A DNA stretch of 64,000 nt from Oikopleura dioica. Taxonomy: Eukaryota; Animalia; Chordata. The DNA is taken from contig OU015568.1 in assembly GCA_907165135.1 (NCBI GenBank), forward strand, positions 10,974,001-11,038,000, read 5' to 3'. This document shows positions 1 to 12,704 of the stretch, piece by piece. Under the pieces are notes generated by a model that saw nothing but the letters and a program-made list of their open reading frames with translations, was not told where the DNA came from and ran no database searches. Positions within the stretch are counted from its first letter, which is position 1; each line of letters starts with the position of its first letter. A program made the position numbers and the translations under genes.

Positions 1-1556
1 TTCTGCTCTGACACTATTTTAAAAACCTTCTAAATCGAGCTCGCCATCATGCGTGTCTGTTCGCGAAACTGCACTTTCCGTACTTGGCTCATTGAGGGAC
101 AACATTTCCGCGTGCGTTCTAGTGATACCAAGCGATTCAACGGTGGGCTGATAACTTTCATCTGGCAGGTCGGGTGAGGCGAATCTTTCAGTCTCGGCTT
201 TTGAGGTAGAGGCTATTTCGGTGGAAGCGGCAAAGCTCGGATTCAATCTGGCAAGAGCTTCTTCGGGTGTTTTCATCGGATCCAAGAAGCCGGCTTTGTG
301 CACCATTTGCAGCTCGGGATCACTTGAAATTCGAGTGTTAAACGCATCACTTAATCGAATGAGCTCTTACCTAGGGATATCATCGCCAGTGGGATCTGCC
401 TTCTTTGGACGTCGTTTTCTTTTCGAGGCGGCCTTTTTCTGATCTTCCGTCATCGCTTGATCGATTTCGGGAATCAGCGCTTCAGCTTCGGTTACTTGTC
501 TGTCGATCTCTTCGTTGTCGAATTTCCGCGCTGCTTCTTCTTGCGCTTTTATAAAAGAAGGAGGATCGAATTCTGATTCCAAATCAATCCGGTTGAATTC
601 GTCAATCGTCAACTTTGCTGACGGCGTAGCTCCGAATTCATGCAGGCGTTTTCTAATCGTATTCGGTCCGATTTTGAATACTTTTGTAATATCTTCGATG
701 TTGCATTTGAAACCGTGCATTCTAGCGGCGATTACGAATGCAGCTCCACATATTCCGGCAGGCCGACGACCTTCAGTCATCCAATCCCTGTTCATTCGTT
801 GAACAATTCGATTTGAAGTCTCCATCACTTCCTTGTTCTTTGTCCCGGAATCTCCGAAACCAAGTTGATGAGCAAATCGATGAATATAGAATGCTAAAAA
901 TGAACCTTTAAAAACTTAGTCATTAAGAAAAGACTACCTGGATCGAGCATATGCGGTGTGATATTCAGCTCTTGGGAAAGTTTTAGGAACGTCTTTCCGA
1001 GAATATATACATTGACTTTCAGAACTTGCGAGAAATCGAGAAGCATGAGTTCGTTTTGCCGTGGATTCAGTCGACAAGATAAATAAACGCAGGATGCATA
1101 CACCTAAATGATCAGTTTCAAACTTGCCTTTCTTAATTTCTACCTGTTCGGCTCGTCGACCTCTAGTAAAAGATTTGTTAAGTGCGAGGCGATAATAATT
1201 ATAAGCTTCATCTTCGTGTTGCTTTGGCAAACGAAGCTCTGCGCACAGCCGACAAATTGCTTCCTTTGCTTTTCGAAGAGTCACTTCTCGGTGATTTCTC
1301 GAGCCGATGTGATTTACAGAGTTGTTCAATCCATCAGCAGAGTGGAAGGTTCCGATGATACTCGAACCACCTGCATCTTCGGAAAATTGAATGGACGATA
1401 CGACTTAAAATTGAGGTTAGGAACTTGGATTTGAGAAAACAGGACGTTACTTTGATTCTCTTCAGAAACAGCTCCGCAGTTGGTACAGACAACAGTCCCT
1501 GTAGTCGGGTCTTCTTCTGCCTCGTACTGACCGCACTTTTTACATTTCGTCCCCAT
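1..1556 (-). CDS. BRF1: TFIIIB subunit BRF1 (multi-exon; probably continues beyond the left edge)
   Basis: N-terminal Zn ribbon CKKCG...VVCTNCG; cyclin-fold motifs FTRGRR, LNITPHMLDP, WMTEGRRPAGICGAA, RKRLHEFGATPS, DPPSF; DGELDL motif next to a probable GT donor near position 25. Confidence 0.92.
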
Positions 1557-1650
1557 TTCTAAACTGGAAATTCTAGTGCTGCACATATTGAATCAGAAAT
1601 ATATGCAGAATATATGAAAAGAAGTTACAAGAAGAAAAAGTCATGTGATT

Positions 1651-2452
1651 TTACGATCTGGTGAAGGCTTTTTTCTGAGCTTCAAGAACAATGTCATCTG
1701 GCGAGAGAGTTGAAAAATCAAACAGTGATTCCGTTCTTGGATACTCAAGCATTGAATGCAGTTTCCAGCGGAGAAGGTCTTCTCTGTCAAATCTCGAAAA
1801 TTGGGAGTGAAAGTCAAGTGCTGCGGTTTTTTCAAGCTGCTGCGCGGAATTTTCTTTCGCGGTGAATTTTTTCGCGTTTGAGCAAAACTCGAGCGCGTAG
1901 AGAATATTTGAGCTGTTATTTTGCATTCTGCGTTTGGCGATTCTTCCACAGCTGCTCTTTTTGGCAGTGGAAAATGCATTTCCGTTGAATGGTGATTCAC
2001 TTAAATTAACTAAATTAAACCGCTTTTCAACACGGCATTTACCTTGTTGAGGATGCGAAATTCTCTGAGACGGATAAATTTTCGAGCTTCTTTCTAACAA
2101 GATCCGGCTCATTGTGTAACGATTTGACCTTCTCCGGCGATGATTTGGCATCTAGTTTGGTTTTTAATCCGAAGAGGGATTTCGAGCTTGAAGACTGTTT
2201 TGAAGCTAGCGTTTTTAACGAGACTCCAGATGATCCTTTTACTGAAACTGCAGATGATGATGATGCTTCTTTTGGCTGTTGATTGGATTCTGAGGCGAAG
2301 AAATGATGCGTCTACTTTCATTATTATTCAATATGAATTTCAATTCAGTTCGATAAGTGACTGATCCGATCCTTGAGAAGAGAAGAAAGTGATTTCGTAC
2401 TACTCCCACTCGACTGCCCCGAATGCTTTTTGGCAAGAGCTGCCAAGCTCAT
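1651..2452 (-). CDS. Stand-alone SKI7-like / HBS1L isoform V3-like exosome-SKI adaptor
   Basis: Own ATG at 2452 after a ttttgcag acceptor (MSLAALAKKH...); Ser-rich with repeated SLxxL motifs; ends LFDFSTLSPDDIVLEAQKKAFTRS*, matching the remembered HBS1L-V3 end PFDFKSASPDDIVKANQKKAFTRE. Confidence 0.72.
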
Positions 2453-2501
2453 TCTGCAAAACGAATAAAATGAACACTGGTTATGAAAAAATAAAACTGT
2501 T

Positions 2502-3692
2502 CTATTTGAAAAAGATATCTTCTAGCAGTGGATCAAACTCAATTTGAGAAGGTGTTTGTGTAACAGAGGTAGGAGCAGAGACAATCGAATGGTTGTGATT
2601 CGTTTGGCTGAGGGTTTCTTCGAAGTCGAGCTCGTCGATGAGTTCGACGAGTTTAATCGTGTCGTCGGGGATGCCACGAAGTTCTTGGTCGACGTCGTCA
2701 ATTTGGTCAATCAAAGCGGCAATATCGACTGATGCTTGAGATCGGGGAGAAGTCTTACTTTGATAAATTTCTGTATGATTTCAATCTGCTTACTTTTGGA
2801 AGAGATTGGAAAGAAATGTCCCTCAAAAAGCTCTCCTCAACTTCCGTCTCCGCCTCTTTCATTCTTGATACATTTCTCGAGCTCTTGAAGCTCTGGTGAA
2901 GAGCAAGCTTCTCATCGACCCTTTCTCTGAACATTTTGGCTTGTTCCAAGAGTTTATTTTGTTGCTCCATGAGATCGTCGAGTTGCTTCTGTTCTTGTCG
3001 CAATTGATCGGAAATGGAAATCGTTGAAGTGTTGAGTTCCGCGTTCTTTCGCGTTGGAATTGGTGGAAGTTTTTCTTCAGTAGTAATGTGCAGTTCGCTA
3101 ATGGACTCTTCCTCGTTGTCTGGAATCATGAAACTTGTTTGAGCGCTGATGGAAGTCTTGGCAGTCGCATATTTCTAACAACTGGTTAAATCAGCTCTAG
3201 AATGAATGACAAACCTTTAGTTCTTCTTGCACCTCTTCAGCTCGTCTCTCTGAAGCTCGAGCGGTATCAAGTTGGTGTTCAAGCTGCTCTTTCAATCGTT
3301 TCTCGCGCTCGCGAAAAATTTTCTTTTCCTTACTTCTCTGATGTTTCAAATCAGATATTTTCTTCTTCGCGTCTTCAATTTTCTCGGAGACTTTAGTTTG
3401 CCGGGACATGAGAGATTTCTTGAATTTGTAGAATTCCTGAATAAAATCATTTATTTCAACCATCAGAAAAGATAATTCTTACTTTTTGAGAATATTTCAG
3501 CTCTTTTTGAATCTTTTCATTTTTTGATTCTACGCACTTTTTCAAAGTCAACTCCTCGTCTAGTTTTTCCTCGAGATCACGAATCTTTTCCTCTTTCTGC
3601 TTGTTATCTTGCGTTGCGCATGCAAGTTCTTTTATCAACGCTTGGAGGCGTAACTTATCCTCAACTGATAGAGTCGCGAATCGATCACTCAT
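2502..3692 (-). CDS. Coiled-coil protein, KIAA1328/hinderin-like
   Basis: N-terminus LSVEDKLRLQALIKELA resembles hinderin EDKRRIANLIKELA; consecutive coiled-coil exons at 3456-3692, 3197-3463, 2755-3129 and 2502-2714. Confidence 0.5.
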
Positions 3693-3903
3693 TCTGTTTG
3701 CATCTTATTTTTAATCTACTATGTTGTGTTGCCATACAGAAGTTACTAATTCAATTGATTAGAGGTACAGAAATTTGAAGGTGAAATAGAAAGAATGAAG
3801 TGATTATTGCATAATAGGTATTAGTGAAGAATAGAGACGAAGTTGTTAGAAGAGGCAGGGTTAGTGAGTGTTTCCGTCTCATAAAGAAGCAATAAATAAT
3901 TTA

Positions 3904-4600
3904 TCAAGAAGGCATAAAGTTCTTTGGTTCAAAGCCGATAGCTTTGTTTGGCGATCGGAGCATGGCATTGATCATTTCTTCCATTTCCTGCTCATCTGAT
4001 GATTTCTCTTTGCTGATGGGCGTAAAAGAACGATCGGACTCGAGTTTGTAGCCGCCGAGGTATTCCGAACCAGCTGGTGGTCGTCCTCGGTAATCGTCAA
4101 GGCTCAGCATGGACCAGTATTTCGAGTTGTTCTTCGTTTTTCTTAGAAAAAAATTATTCATGTAAAATTGGAAGTGTTGATATGCGAGTCGGGGAAGATC
4201 GTAAAATACGAGAATGCAAACTTTATATAGATTAATAATATTTAGCGAAAATTGAGTTTGATTTGAAATTTGAAGTGCCCGAACAAGGTCCGAGATCAAT
4301 CTTGTCAAGTGTGCCCTCTACTACCAAAATTTGCAAATTTTCGCAAAACAAACAACCCCTTAGAATAACTCGTTGGTCTTCCATTTTTAGCTTCCTTGAA
4401 AATTATTGCACTCCTTTGAGGTAAGGAAATACCAAGAATACTGTAGAACGAAGAACGGTGATTTCGAGCTGTGAGCTGGTCAAATATTTGAAAAGCGGGG
4501 ACATGAGCGCAAGTTCCATTTGATCTTGGCTGGCACTTGAAATTTCACGCAACAGCGAAATCGATTTATTTATGATCAAGTGCAATTCCATGGGAACGTA
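3904..4600 (-). CDS. Uncharacterised multi-exon gene
   Basis: Exon-like ORFs at 4403-4591 and 3904-4150, on the same strand and tightly packed with downstream genes; no family recognised. Confidence 0.3.
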
Positions 4601-5120
4601 AACCTTCTTCTTACGAAAGTTTTATATAAGAATAACAAAGCTTATGGTCTTTTCGCTATAATACTCACATATTTTCTTGCAAGATGAATGAAAAACTGCA
4701 TTTATCAACAAAAAAAAAACGGTATCATTTGAATTCAGCTTTATACAAATTATCAGATGTTACCACCAGAACCTGAGTGAAAACAAGGAAGAGAACACCC
4801 GGATGTGGCCGAGTTTATAGCCAAGGATGCTCATACTCAAAGGTTCTCAAGTTTGAAAAGCTCGTCAAGAATGAATGGCTTGAGCTGGGTGGTGTTTGCG
4901 CTTCGAGTGAGGTGGCCGTGGGCGAATTGCGCTAAAGCGGCCAATTCACGGAGAGCGCTAAATCGCCGCCGCGCCACCGCGGAACCATTTTTTCATTGAG
5001 AAAATTCAAAATTCTGGCGCCGTACCTTCCACTTTTGTTTTCCAAAGCGATAATAGTAAACTTAAAATTTACGAAAATGAAGAAAACGAGAGATTTTTAA
5101 TGAAAAAAAGAAAGAAGAAT

Positions 5121-8100
5121 ATGAAGATGAAAGTGCGATTCATTTTGTATTGGGCGATTTTAACGAGCTCGCACGCGCTCTTTGAACCTGGAAGATTACA
5201 ATTTGAAGATCATCCGCAGGATCAGACCGTGATTGTTGGCGAAGATGTTAAATTAAGTTGCAAGGCTAATTTACCGAATGTTAAATACGAGGTAAATATG
5301 AAATTTGTATATTAATAAGAGTTCAACCATGGAATTTAAATCTAAAAAAAGCTATCTAAAAGTATCTTATCTTGACAGTTCATCAAGAATATGCTAATAA
5401 AGAAGTAATTAAGTGGCTGTTCAATGAATCCCTTATGACCTGGCACGGAAACAGCTTGACGATCCCGTCGATTAGCTCTTCCGGCGAAGGGCGGTATCGA
5501 TGCCGTGCGACTTCCGACAAAGTCTCCCTCGTCTCCAGCTCATCCCTGGTTCAAGTCTTCGGTACGTTCACTTAAAAATCTTCACGCTCGGGTGGAGCGC
5601 GTGCAACCTCGGGTCAGGCAATTTTCAGCTCTCCCCAATTTTAGCAGGTGGATGGAGAAAATTAATCCCCTTATCAATCAACAACGTAAATTTCACCCTT
5701 TTTTATGAGCGCGATTTAACTTATCATGACCCGGTGCCCTAAACTTTGTGCAACCGGCTAATCCCCAAAAGATACTGCCCTAATCAGATTATTGCACATG
5801 GAGGAGTACACCTTATTTTCCCTTTCAGGAGCCGCCCTTATCGACCACCGCCCCGGAAAAAATACCGAATGCGTTTTTGGCTCTTCCTGCCAAGTCGTGT
5901 GTAGCGCTAGAAGCAGCAAGTTCAATGTCACTTGGCTCAAGAACAACCAGCCCGTGGACAAAAGCCTGATTCTTCCCAATGGCCATCTTGAAATTCCGCA
6001 TGTGGCCTCGAGTGACCTTGGCGAGTACAAATGCCAAGTCAACTTCCACGCTCACCGCGACTCCGCAATCACAACTATTTCTGCGATGGAAGCCCCTAAA
6101 ACTGGCATTGTTCTCAAGCCAACGCCACCATCACGACTTTCCGTTCCCTTTGGAGAAAACATTTTACTTGCTTGTCACGCCGTGGCACCCAATGATCTCG
6201 TAGAATATGAATGGGAAAAGGATGGAGAAAATGTCACGCTGGATGAAAATAAAAAGCTTGTCGGCCTGGGAAATCTGCTTATCGAATCTGCAAGGGGATC
6301 AGACGATGGGAACTACAAATGCACAGTGAAAGGGGATAGACGCAGAGGTAGTTCAAGCGTCACAATCTCTCTCACAGTCACAGGTAAATATACAACAACG
6401 AGTTCAACCAAATAAACAGGGTTAACAGAATTCTTGAAAGTAAAACTTGATCAATCATTATTTCCCCTTGTCAACATTGACACGGGTATATTATGACGGA
6501 TCTGCGATGCATCAATCTTTTTACACAGCCCTTAATCACCACATTTATTTCCTCTCAATAAAATTTCAGATATCCCCTCTCCGGTCTTTCTGAACCGCGA
6601 AAGTGAACTTGCCCAATGTGTCTGTCCAGAAGAAGCGATTTTCTACAAAAATGGAAAACACGTTCGCACTCTAAAATCGGAAGAAAACGCAATCAAGGTC
6701 GACCAAGATGGTTTCTATCAGTGTTTCTGCCCCTCCAAAACACTAGAAAGCGCGGCGATGGAAATTTATAAGATGGACGCGCCCGCGCCGATTCCATTGG
6801 ACATTCTTGAAATTCGCCCAAGCGGGTTCAAAGTCAGCTGGGCGACGAGCGGAAGCGCAAGCGGCATTGTGTACCTTAAATCCCGCGACAAAGGCGAACA
6901 ACAATTCCCGTTTGATGAAACAGTCGAACTGCCGATCGCAGTTACCGCCGGCGACTACGAAGTGAAAGTAGAACTACTCGAGCTTGTCGGAGATACAACT
7001 ACCGGTCCCAGATGGTCGCAAACTGTGCTTGTTCACATCCCACAACCGGACGAAGTGCCACCGAAAGTGACAGACCTCCAGCTGCGGGTTAACAATGGTA
7101 AGCTTATTTGTCGGAATTGAACCATAAAATACATTATAATTAGCGTATTTACCAATCACAGTGACACTTTCCCCTCAACTTTTCATTCAGAAAACTCGAT
7201 TGTCTGTGAATGGACCCCCGTAGAGTTGGCTGAAGACTATATTTTGATAATTGAGGCTGAAAATATGCTCCAGAAAGTGTACTCAAGTGTGACCACTCCC
7301 TTCGAAATCACTTCCATCCCATCGAATATCAAGGTAAAATACAACTTTAATCAACCAAAATTTATATTTTACTTCAGAAAATTCGAGCGCAGCTTCATGC
7401 CAAAGGCCACGAGGGATTCTCTGAGCCGTCCGAATGGATGGAGCTGGAGTTAAAAAGAACGACAAGAGAAAAACCCTTCCCTCGAAAAGCGCTACGTCCA
7501 GCCATTGTAGAAGATGTAAAGCTGTCCCTCCAAGATACGACCACAATTCTTGCGACTTGGAGCAAACCAGATGATAACCAAGTTATCGATAGCTACACAG
7601 TTCGCATTCGCGCAGTTGGCGACTCCGATTGGGAAGAATTCACTGCGGAAGACACAAAGTTTATCTTCACCGATCTCACTCCAGAAACAGCCTATCAAGT
7701 CCGCATTGCCGCGAATGCAGGGGCAGTCAAAGGTCGCTGGTCGAAAACTGTCGTAAACGACATGTCAATTTTGCCAGCAAAATTTTTCGTTGACAAGCTA
7801 AAAGTCTCTACTGAACCAAATCTGGAATATTTGCGGATTCTGAATACGAATTCAACGACGATATCCGTTGTTTGGTCTTTTGGCGAAAATCCGGCTGAAG
7901 ACTTCTACACAAAAATCAGATGGGGAACTACAGACGATACTGAGTACGAGTCAGAGAAACTTGGATCATCAATCCGGATTTACAAAATCGAAAATCTCAA
8001 GCCAAACACGGATTATTATGTCTCTGCTAGGGCATATTGGGACAATTTTCAATCAAAGAGGATTGTTGAAAAAGCAAGCACAACTCCACTGATTGTTCAC

Positions 8101-9748
8101 AAGCCAGCCCCGACGAAATTTCACTGCGAGCCGAAAGGAAATAAAGGGCTCAATCTCGGCTGGACCAGTGCTGGAGCAACTTTTGAAATTCAATACAGAA
8201 TTCAAGCGAAAAATCCTCGCCGTTACGACTCCATTAAAACCCACGAATCTTTTACGTCCACAAAGAATCATGAGTTCACGTTGAAGCCTCTTGAATCCGA
8301 CAAAACTTATGAGCTACAGGTTCGTGAAATTGGCCGTGCCGTGGAATCGGACTGGGGCGAGACGGTTTTATGCACAACAGGCGGCTACAAGCTCTCTATG
8401 CCGTATGGGATTGTCGCTATTCCATCAAAAGAGACTGGAAATCTTAATTTACAGTGGCAAATCGACGACGAAAAGCGTGTCGATGGATACAGCGTCTACT
8501 ACAAGAAACCTGGAAAAGGAAGCTCATGGAATTCCGTGAAAGTCTTAGCCGGAGCTAGATCCTGCCCAATTTCCGGTCTTGAAGCAGAAACCGAATACAT
8601 ATTTAAAGTGTCCGCCGACTCAATGTCTGTTGGTACTAAATCCGTAGAGTCAGACGAGTACCGACATGTTACTGCTGCCGAACCGGCGGTGGCTGCATTT
8701 AGCGAACATTTCTGGTACATCATGATTGGTATTGTCGCCTTATTGACCGTCGGTGTTATATTCGCCATCGTTGCCTTGGTTCGACACAATAAAAATGCAA
8801 ATGGACCAGGCGCCGCTGGACCTGGCACATATCAACAAGGCTCACAGAGATCTGATGACATTTTCGAACTACAGCATCCCCGCTTACAGTAAGCCCTTTA
8901 TTCTTGAAAAAACGACTGACTGTCTATTCAGCGATTTGCCTATTGAACCTCCAAAACTCGTTCCGAATCCCTATCAACAAATTTTACCTCCAAAGTTCCA
9001 TCACCACGCTCATTCATTCATGACTCCCGAAAAGGTAATCAATTTTTCTCAAAAGTATAATAACTAAATTTTCCTCAAGGCCTATTCAACCCGAACCGCT
9101 CCGCTTCAATCCAACGCTGGAGATCTGCTGCACACTCCCGACGCTCAAAACTCACAACTTCACCTCCACCAGCAAAACCTCATGTATCAACAGATGTGGG
9201 AGCAACAAGAGCTCCTGAACCGCGCTAGACACCTCCAACTTTCTCAACATCAACTATGGATCGGCCAGACGCCCCAGCACAATGCTTCGTTTGGTGGTCA
9301 AACTGCTTTCGGTCAAGGGGTCTATCCACAGCCACCACAATTCCCTGGTTCAACTCCTCAGCGTGCTAAAATCGAACGCGCGATGACAGAAAGATTGCCA
9401 AACGGACCTGGTCCCAATCGTTATCGGCCATATAGACGGTAAAATCATCATAAATTGTTAAATATTCATTTAAAATTCAGACCAATGGCCAGAAGAAGCA
9501 TGGGTGCCGAGCTCGCCTTTCTAAAGCTTGACACAGCAAGTTCAGTAAAAAGCTCAGAGCTTCCCATCGCACGGATTCCACTCAAAGACCCTGATTCCTC
9601 TGCTACTCCAACCGGAAGGAAATCTGGCGATGGAGAATCAGCGACGGGCAGTGTTCAAAGCGAAAAAAGTGACCAAGTATTAATGCCGCCACCAATCGGA
9701 CCCTTGTCTATTTCTAATGAACCCCCACTGTCTCCTGTCAACGAATAG
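5121..9748 (+). CDS. Ig-domain/FN3 type I transmembrane receptor, DCC/neogenin/protogenin-like
   Basis: Signal peptide MKMKVRFILYWAILTSSHA; Ig motifs VKLSC...W...GRYRC, VTW...DLGEYKC, YEW...DDGNYKC plus a short fourth (DGFYQC); several FN3 repeats (TAYQVRIAA, TDYYVSARA, TEYIFKVSA); TM FWYIMIGIVALLTVGVIFAIVALV; Pro/Gln-rich tail. Confidence 0.75.
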
Positions 9749-9827
9749 TTAAAATAACTGATGCTGTAAAAATATTGTAAATATTTAAATAAATCTTGCC
9801 CAGACTCGAACTCAAAGAAGAGCGCGC

Positions 9828-10142
9828 TTACTTGTAGAGATGATACACCTTTCCAGGCACTTTTTCAAAGTTGCAGGCTGCATGAGAGAGTTCCTGATCC
9901 TGGTTCGCTTTTTCCAAAACTCCTTGAGCTTCCTGCTGAAGTCGTTTGATTTGATTCGCGATTTGCAGCAGTTTTCCGTGAGCACAACTGACGATGTGCG
10001 AGTCGCCGTTTTGGATGGAAACTGCTAGAGCAGTCAGATCTTCATGTTTAGGAGCGACTAAAAAATAATGATCATTTGAAACGCGATGGGTTTTACTCAC
10101 GTGCTGCGTTTGAGTTGAGCTGAAAATTTTGGCTGTTTCCAT
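9828..10142 (-). CDS. C1orf50/DUF2452-like protein
   Basis: DLTALAVSIQNGD...KLLQIANQIKRLQQEAQGVLEKANQDQELSHAACNFEKVPGKVYHLYK matches the C1orf50 core. Confidence 0.75.
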   Translation of the reverse strand: METAKIFSSTQTQHVSKTHRVSNDHYFLVAPKHEDLTALAVSIQNGDSHIVSCAHGKLLQIANQIKRLQQEAQGVLEKANQDQELSHAACNFEKVPGKVYHLYK

Positions 10143-10270
10143 TTTCAACGAGCTTGACGTCGAATTTGTTCACGTCTTTGTAGGAAATCAATGACATTCT
10201 TAACTGTGTTACTTTTTAAATTTTTTCAAATGCAATAATTTTTTCGAATAGTTTCTTCGCAACAGAAAGA

Positions 10271-12240
10271 CTAGAATCGTTTTGCTAAACTTTCTTTGCT
10301 CCTCTTGAAGCCTCGTTTCTGAGGTTTCGAAGTCAAGAACCGTGTCTTATACTTTTCCTTCATCAATCTATGTGCTTGCTTCAGCGATCGGTTTTCTCCT
10401 TCTTCCCAGTTGTGCGTGGATAAAGAGGAGATGTTCTCTTCCTTGAAATCATCGCTATCAAGAAGACTCATTCCGCCAGATTTAAGGAAATCGGAAATGA
10501 TTTCATCGAGCTTTTCTTCATCTTTCGTGAGCTCCAGTAGATCGAGTTTTTTCTATTCCATGGTTATTAATTGATTTTAAAAGAGTAATAAATATCTCAG
10601 TGAAGTAGAAAAATATTTAACCAAGCCTGTAAATCTTCTGGAACTCCCTCTGTCTCTTCTATTCGCGATTTGAAATGCTCAATGATGTTTCTCTTTGATT
10701 CCTCCGCCTGGCCCATTTTGACTAATTGCGTCAACCTCTTGATCGCCTTTTGATTGAGTCGTCCATCTTCTGACGATTTCGTCATTTCAGCAAGAAATTC
10801 AAGCGATGATGAGAGAAACTCTTTTTCATTTGAGGGAATTAGGTGATCTTCTAGTGAATCTTCATGTCGTTTATAGTTTTTCAAAACTTCCAGCAATTTC
10901 TTTATATCCTTGAAGTTTAACGTCGCCAATGATTTGCCAGGAGAAATGTTCGCGTCGTTGAGAATTTGGAGAGCGATCTCCTCCATGACTTCACTTTTAC
11001 GATCGTCGTCCAATAAATGATATTCGTCGCCATAAAACTCGTCTGACTTTAATTCTGGCCGCACTAGCTCTTGAAGATTCTGGAGCCGTTGCGCAACTCG
11101 TTCTTTCGTCCTCGCCATCGGGTGGCTCATGTTTTTCTTGTCTTTGTAGCTGCTGAAGATTGCGTCGATTATCCTTCCGATTTGTTCTGGCGACTCATTT
11201 AGCAAGAACTCTCTTCTCGGGGTCAATTGAATCCAAATCGTGCCCTCTGCCATTTTAGGCGTGTAAAATGAGCCATAAACTGGCTGAATCTCCTTCGCTT
11301 CAAAGAAATTGTCCACGAGTTTTCCATAAAATGATGTCTTCCCCAACAGATCGCATCCAACTGGCAAATGAAAGTTCATAAAGATCGGGACTCTCCCCGC
11401 TCTGAAAAGTCCCTCGCGATTCCAAACATCTTCCACAAGTTTTAGCAAAAGCATGTTTGTAGCCCAAAACGGAGTGTTCGAGATGACGACTGTATCGGGT
11501 TCGCTGTCCCAATCTGCATCGTAAAGAAGTCCCCTTCTATTTTTGTTGAAATGGAGCTGATCCAGTCGATGATCGAGGGGCTCCGTTCTCACGATTCGAA
11601 CGCCGATTCCGTTGTCGCGCGAAGACTGCGCTATATTTAGCAGCGACTTCACAACTCTTACTTGGTTGATTCAGGGAAGCAAGCGCGCACTTTCTCAACG
11701 GTTTTTTCTGCCTTTTTCAACCACGGACCTTTTATCAGGCTCCACGAATGTGTACGATAGGGGCTCTTTCCTCAGGAAACGAAGCGAAAGTAGGCCAAAA
11801 CCTGGGTAGAGCTCTATCACATGTTTATCGCGGATGTATTTTGAAGGGAATGCGTTGCTTACTGTTTACGGGTTTTATTCGATGATTCCGAAATACTAAG
11901 ACACTTTATGAACAAAGATAGTCTTTCAGAAAAAATTTAAGTAAATATAACCCTTTCATTTCGATAACATCGTCTTATCAAACATGTATCTCGTATTCAA
12001 ATGTTTGCGGTGCTTCACGCCATGATGACGCATGATATCATGCTGAGATACATTTGCGGGCAAATTACGGAAGGTGACATCTTCAGCTGCTTCCGTCCAG
12101 TTTTTGTACTTTTTCCAGTTTGGCATATTTTTCGTTGCGAGTGGGGATTTTTCACCACCTCTCGAGTAGATTTCGTATTCTTTTTCAGGACTTGCTGCAT
12201 CTTTGAAACGCTCAAATCGAATTGATTTGCTCTGAAAAGA
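10271..12240 (-). CDS. Mitochondrial transcription factor B / rRNA adenine dimethylase family (TFB1M/TFB2M-like) with long C-terminal extension; 5' end unresolved (12240-12640)
   Basis: HDIMRHHGVKHRKHLNTRYMFD (TFB1M N-terminal-like); SAM motif I VIELYPGFG; VVISNTPF; REGLFRAGRVPIFMNF; FYTPK. Confidence 0.7.
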
Positions 12241-12704
12241 AAAATTAGTCTTCTATGTTTTCAGAAAAAATAATCAAGTGATAGTGATACTAAGTGCTCG
12301 AGTTTGACCCAAGCTTTTGAGGTCGAACGTGATAATAGATTATCTGTCGTTAAATTCTTCCGTACACACTTTTGATTTTCAATTTAAAAGAATTACTCAA
12401 GGATAATCTTTTGCTAACCTGAAGTACAAACTGTTTCTCCGCCGATGTTGTCCTATCAAACTGATGCTCCTCGCCTTTCTTGAAAAATGGGGAGTTGGCG
12501 AGTTTTGACGAATTTTTTCTTACTTTTCAGGTCTCAGATTATCTTAACTTTCGAATTTATCAAAAATCGTTTGACTCCTCCCTTGAACGACTCTCGTAAT
12601 GTTCCTCGTCCACATTTCGGTGAACCTTTTCTCCGATTTTTACGATTCAATCTCACGGAACGCCCTTAACGTAACGCGATTACAATACAATTTGTAACAA
12701 AGAA

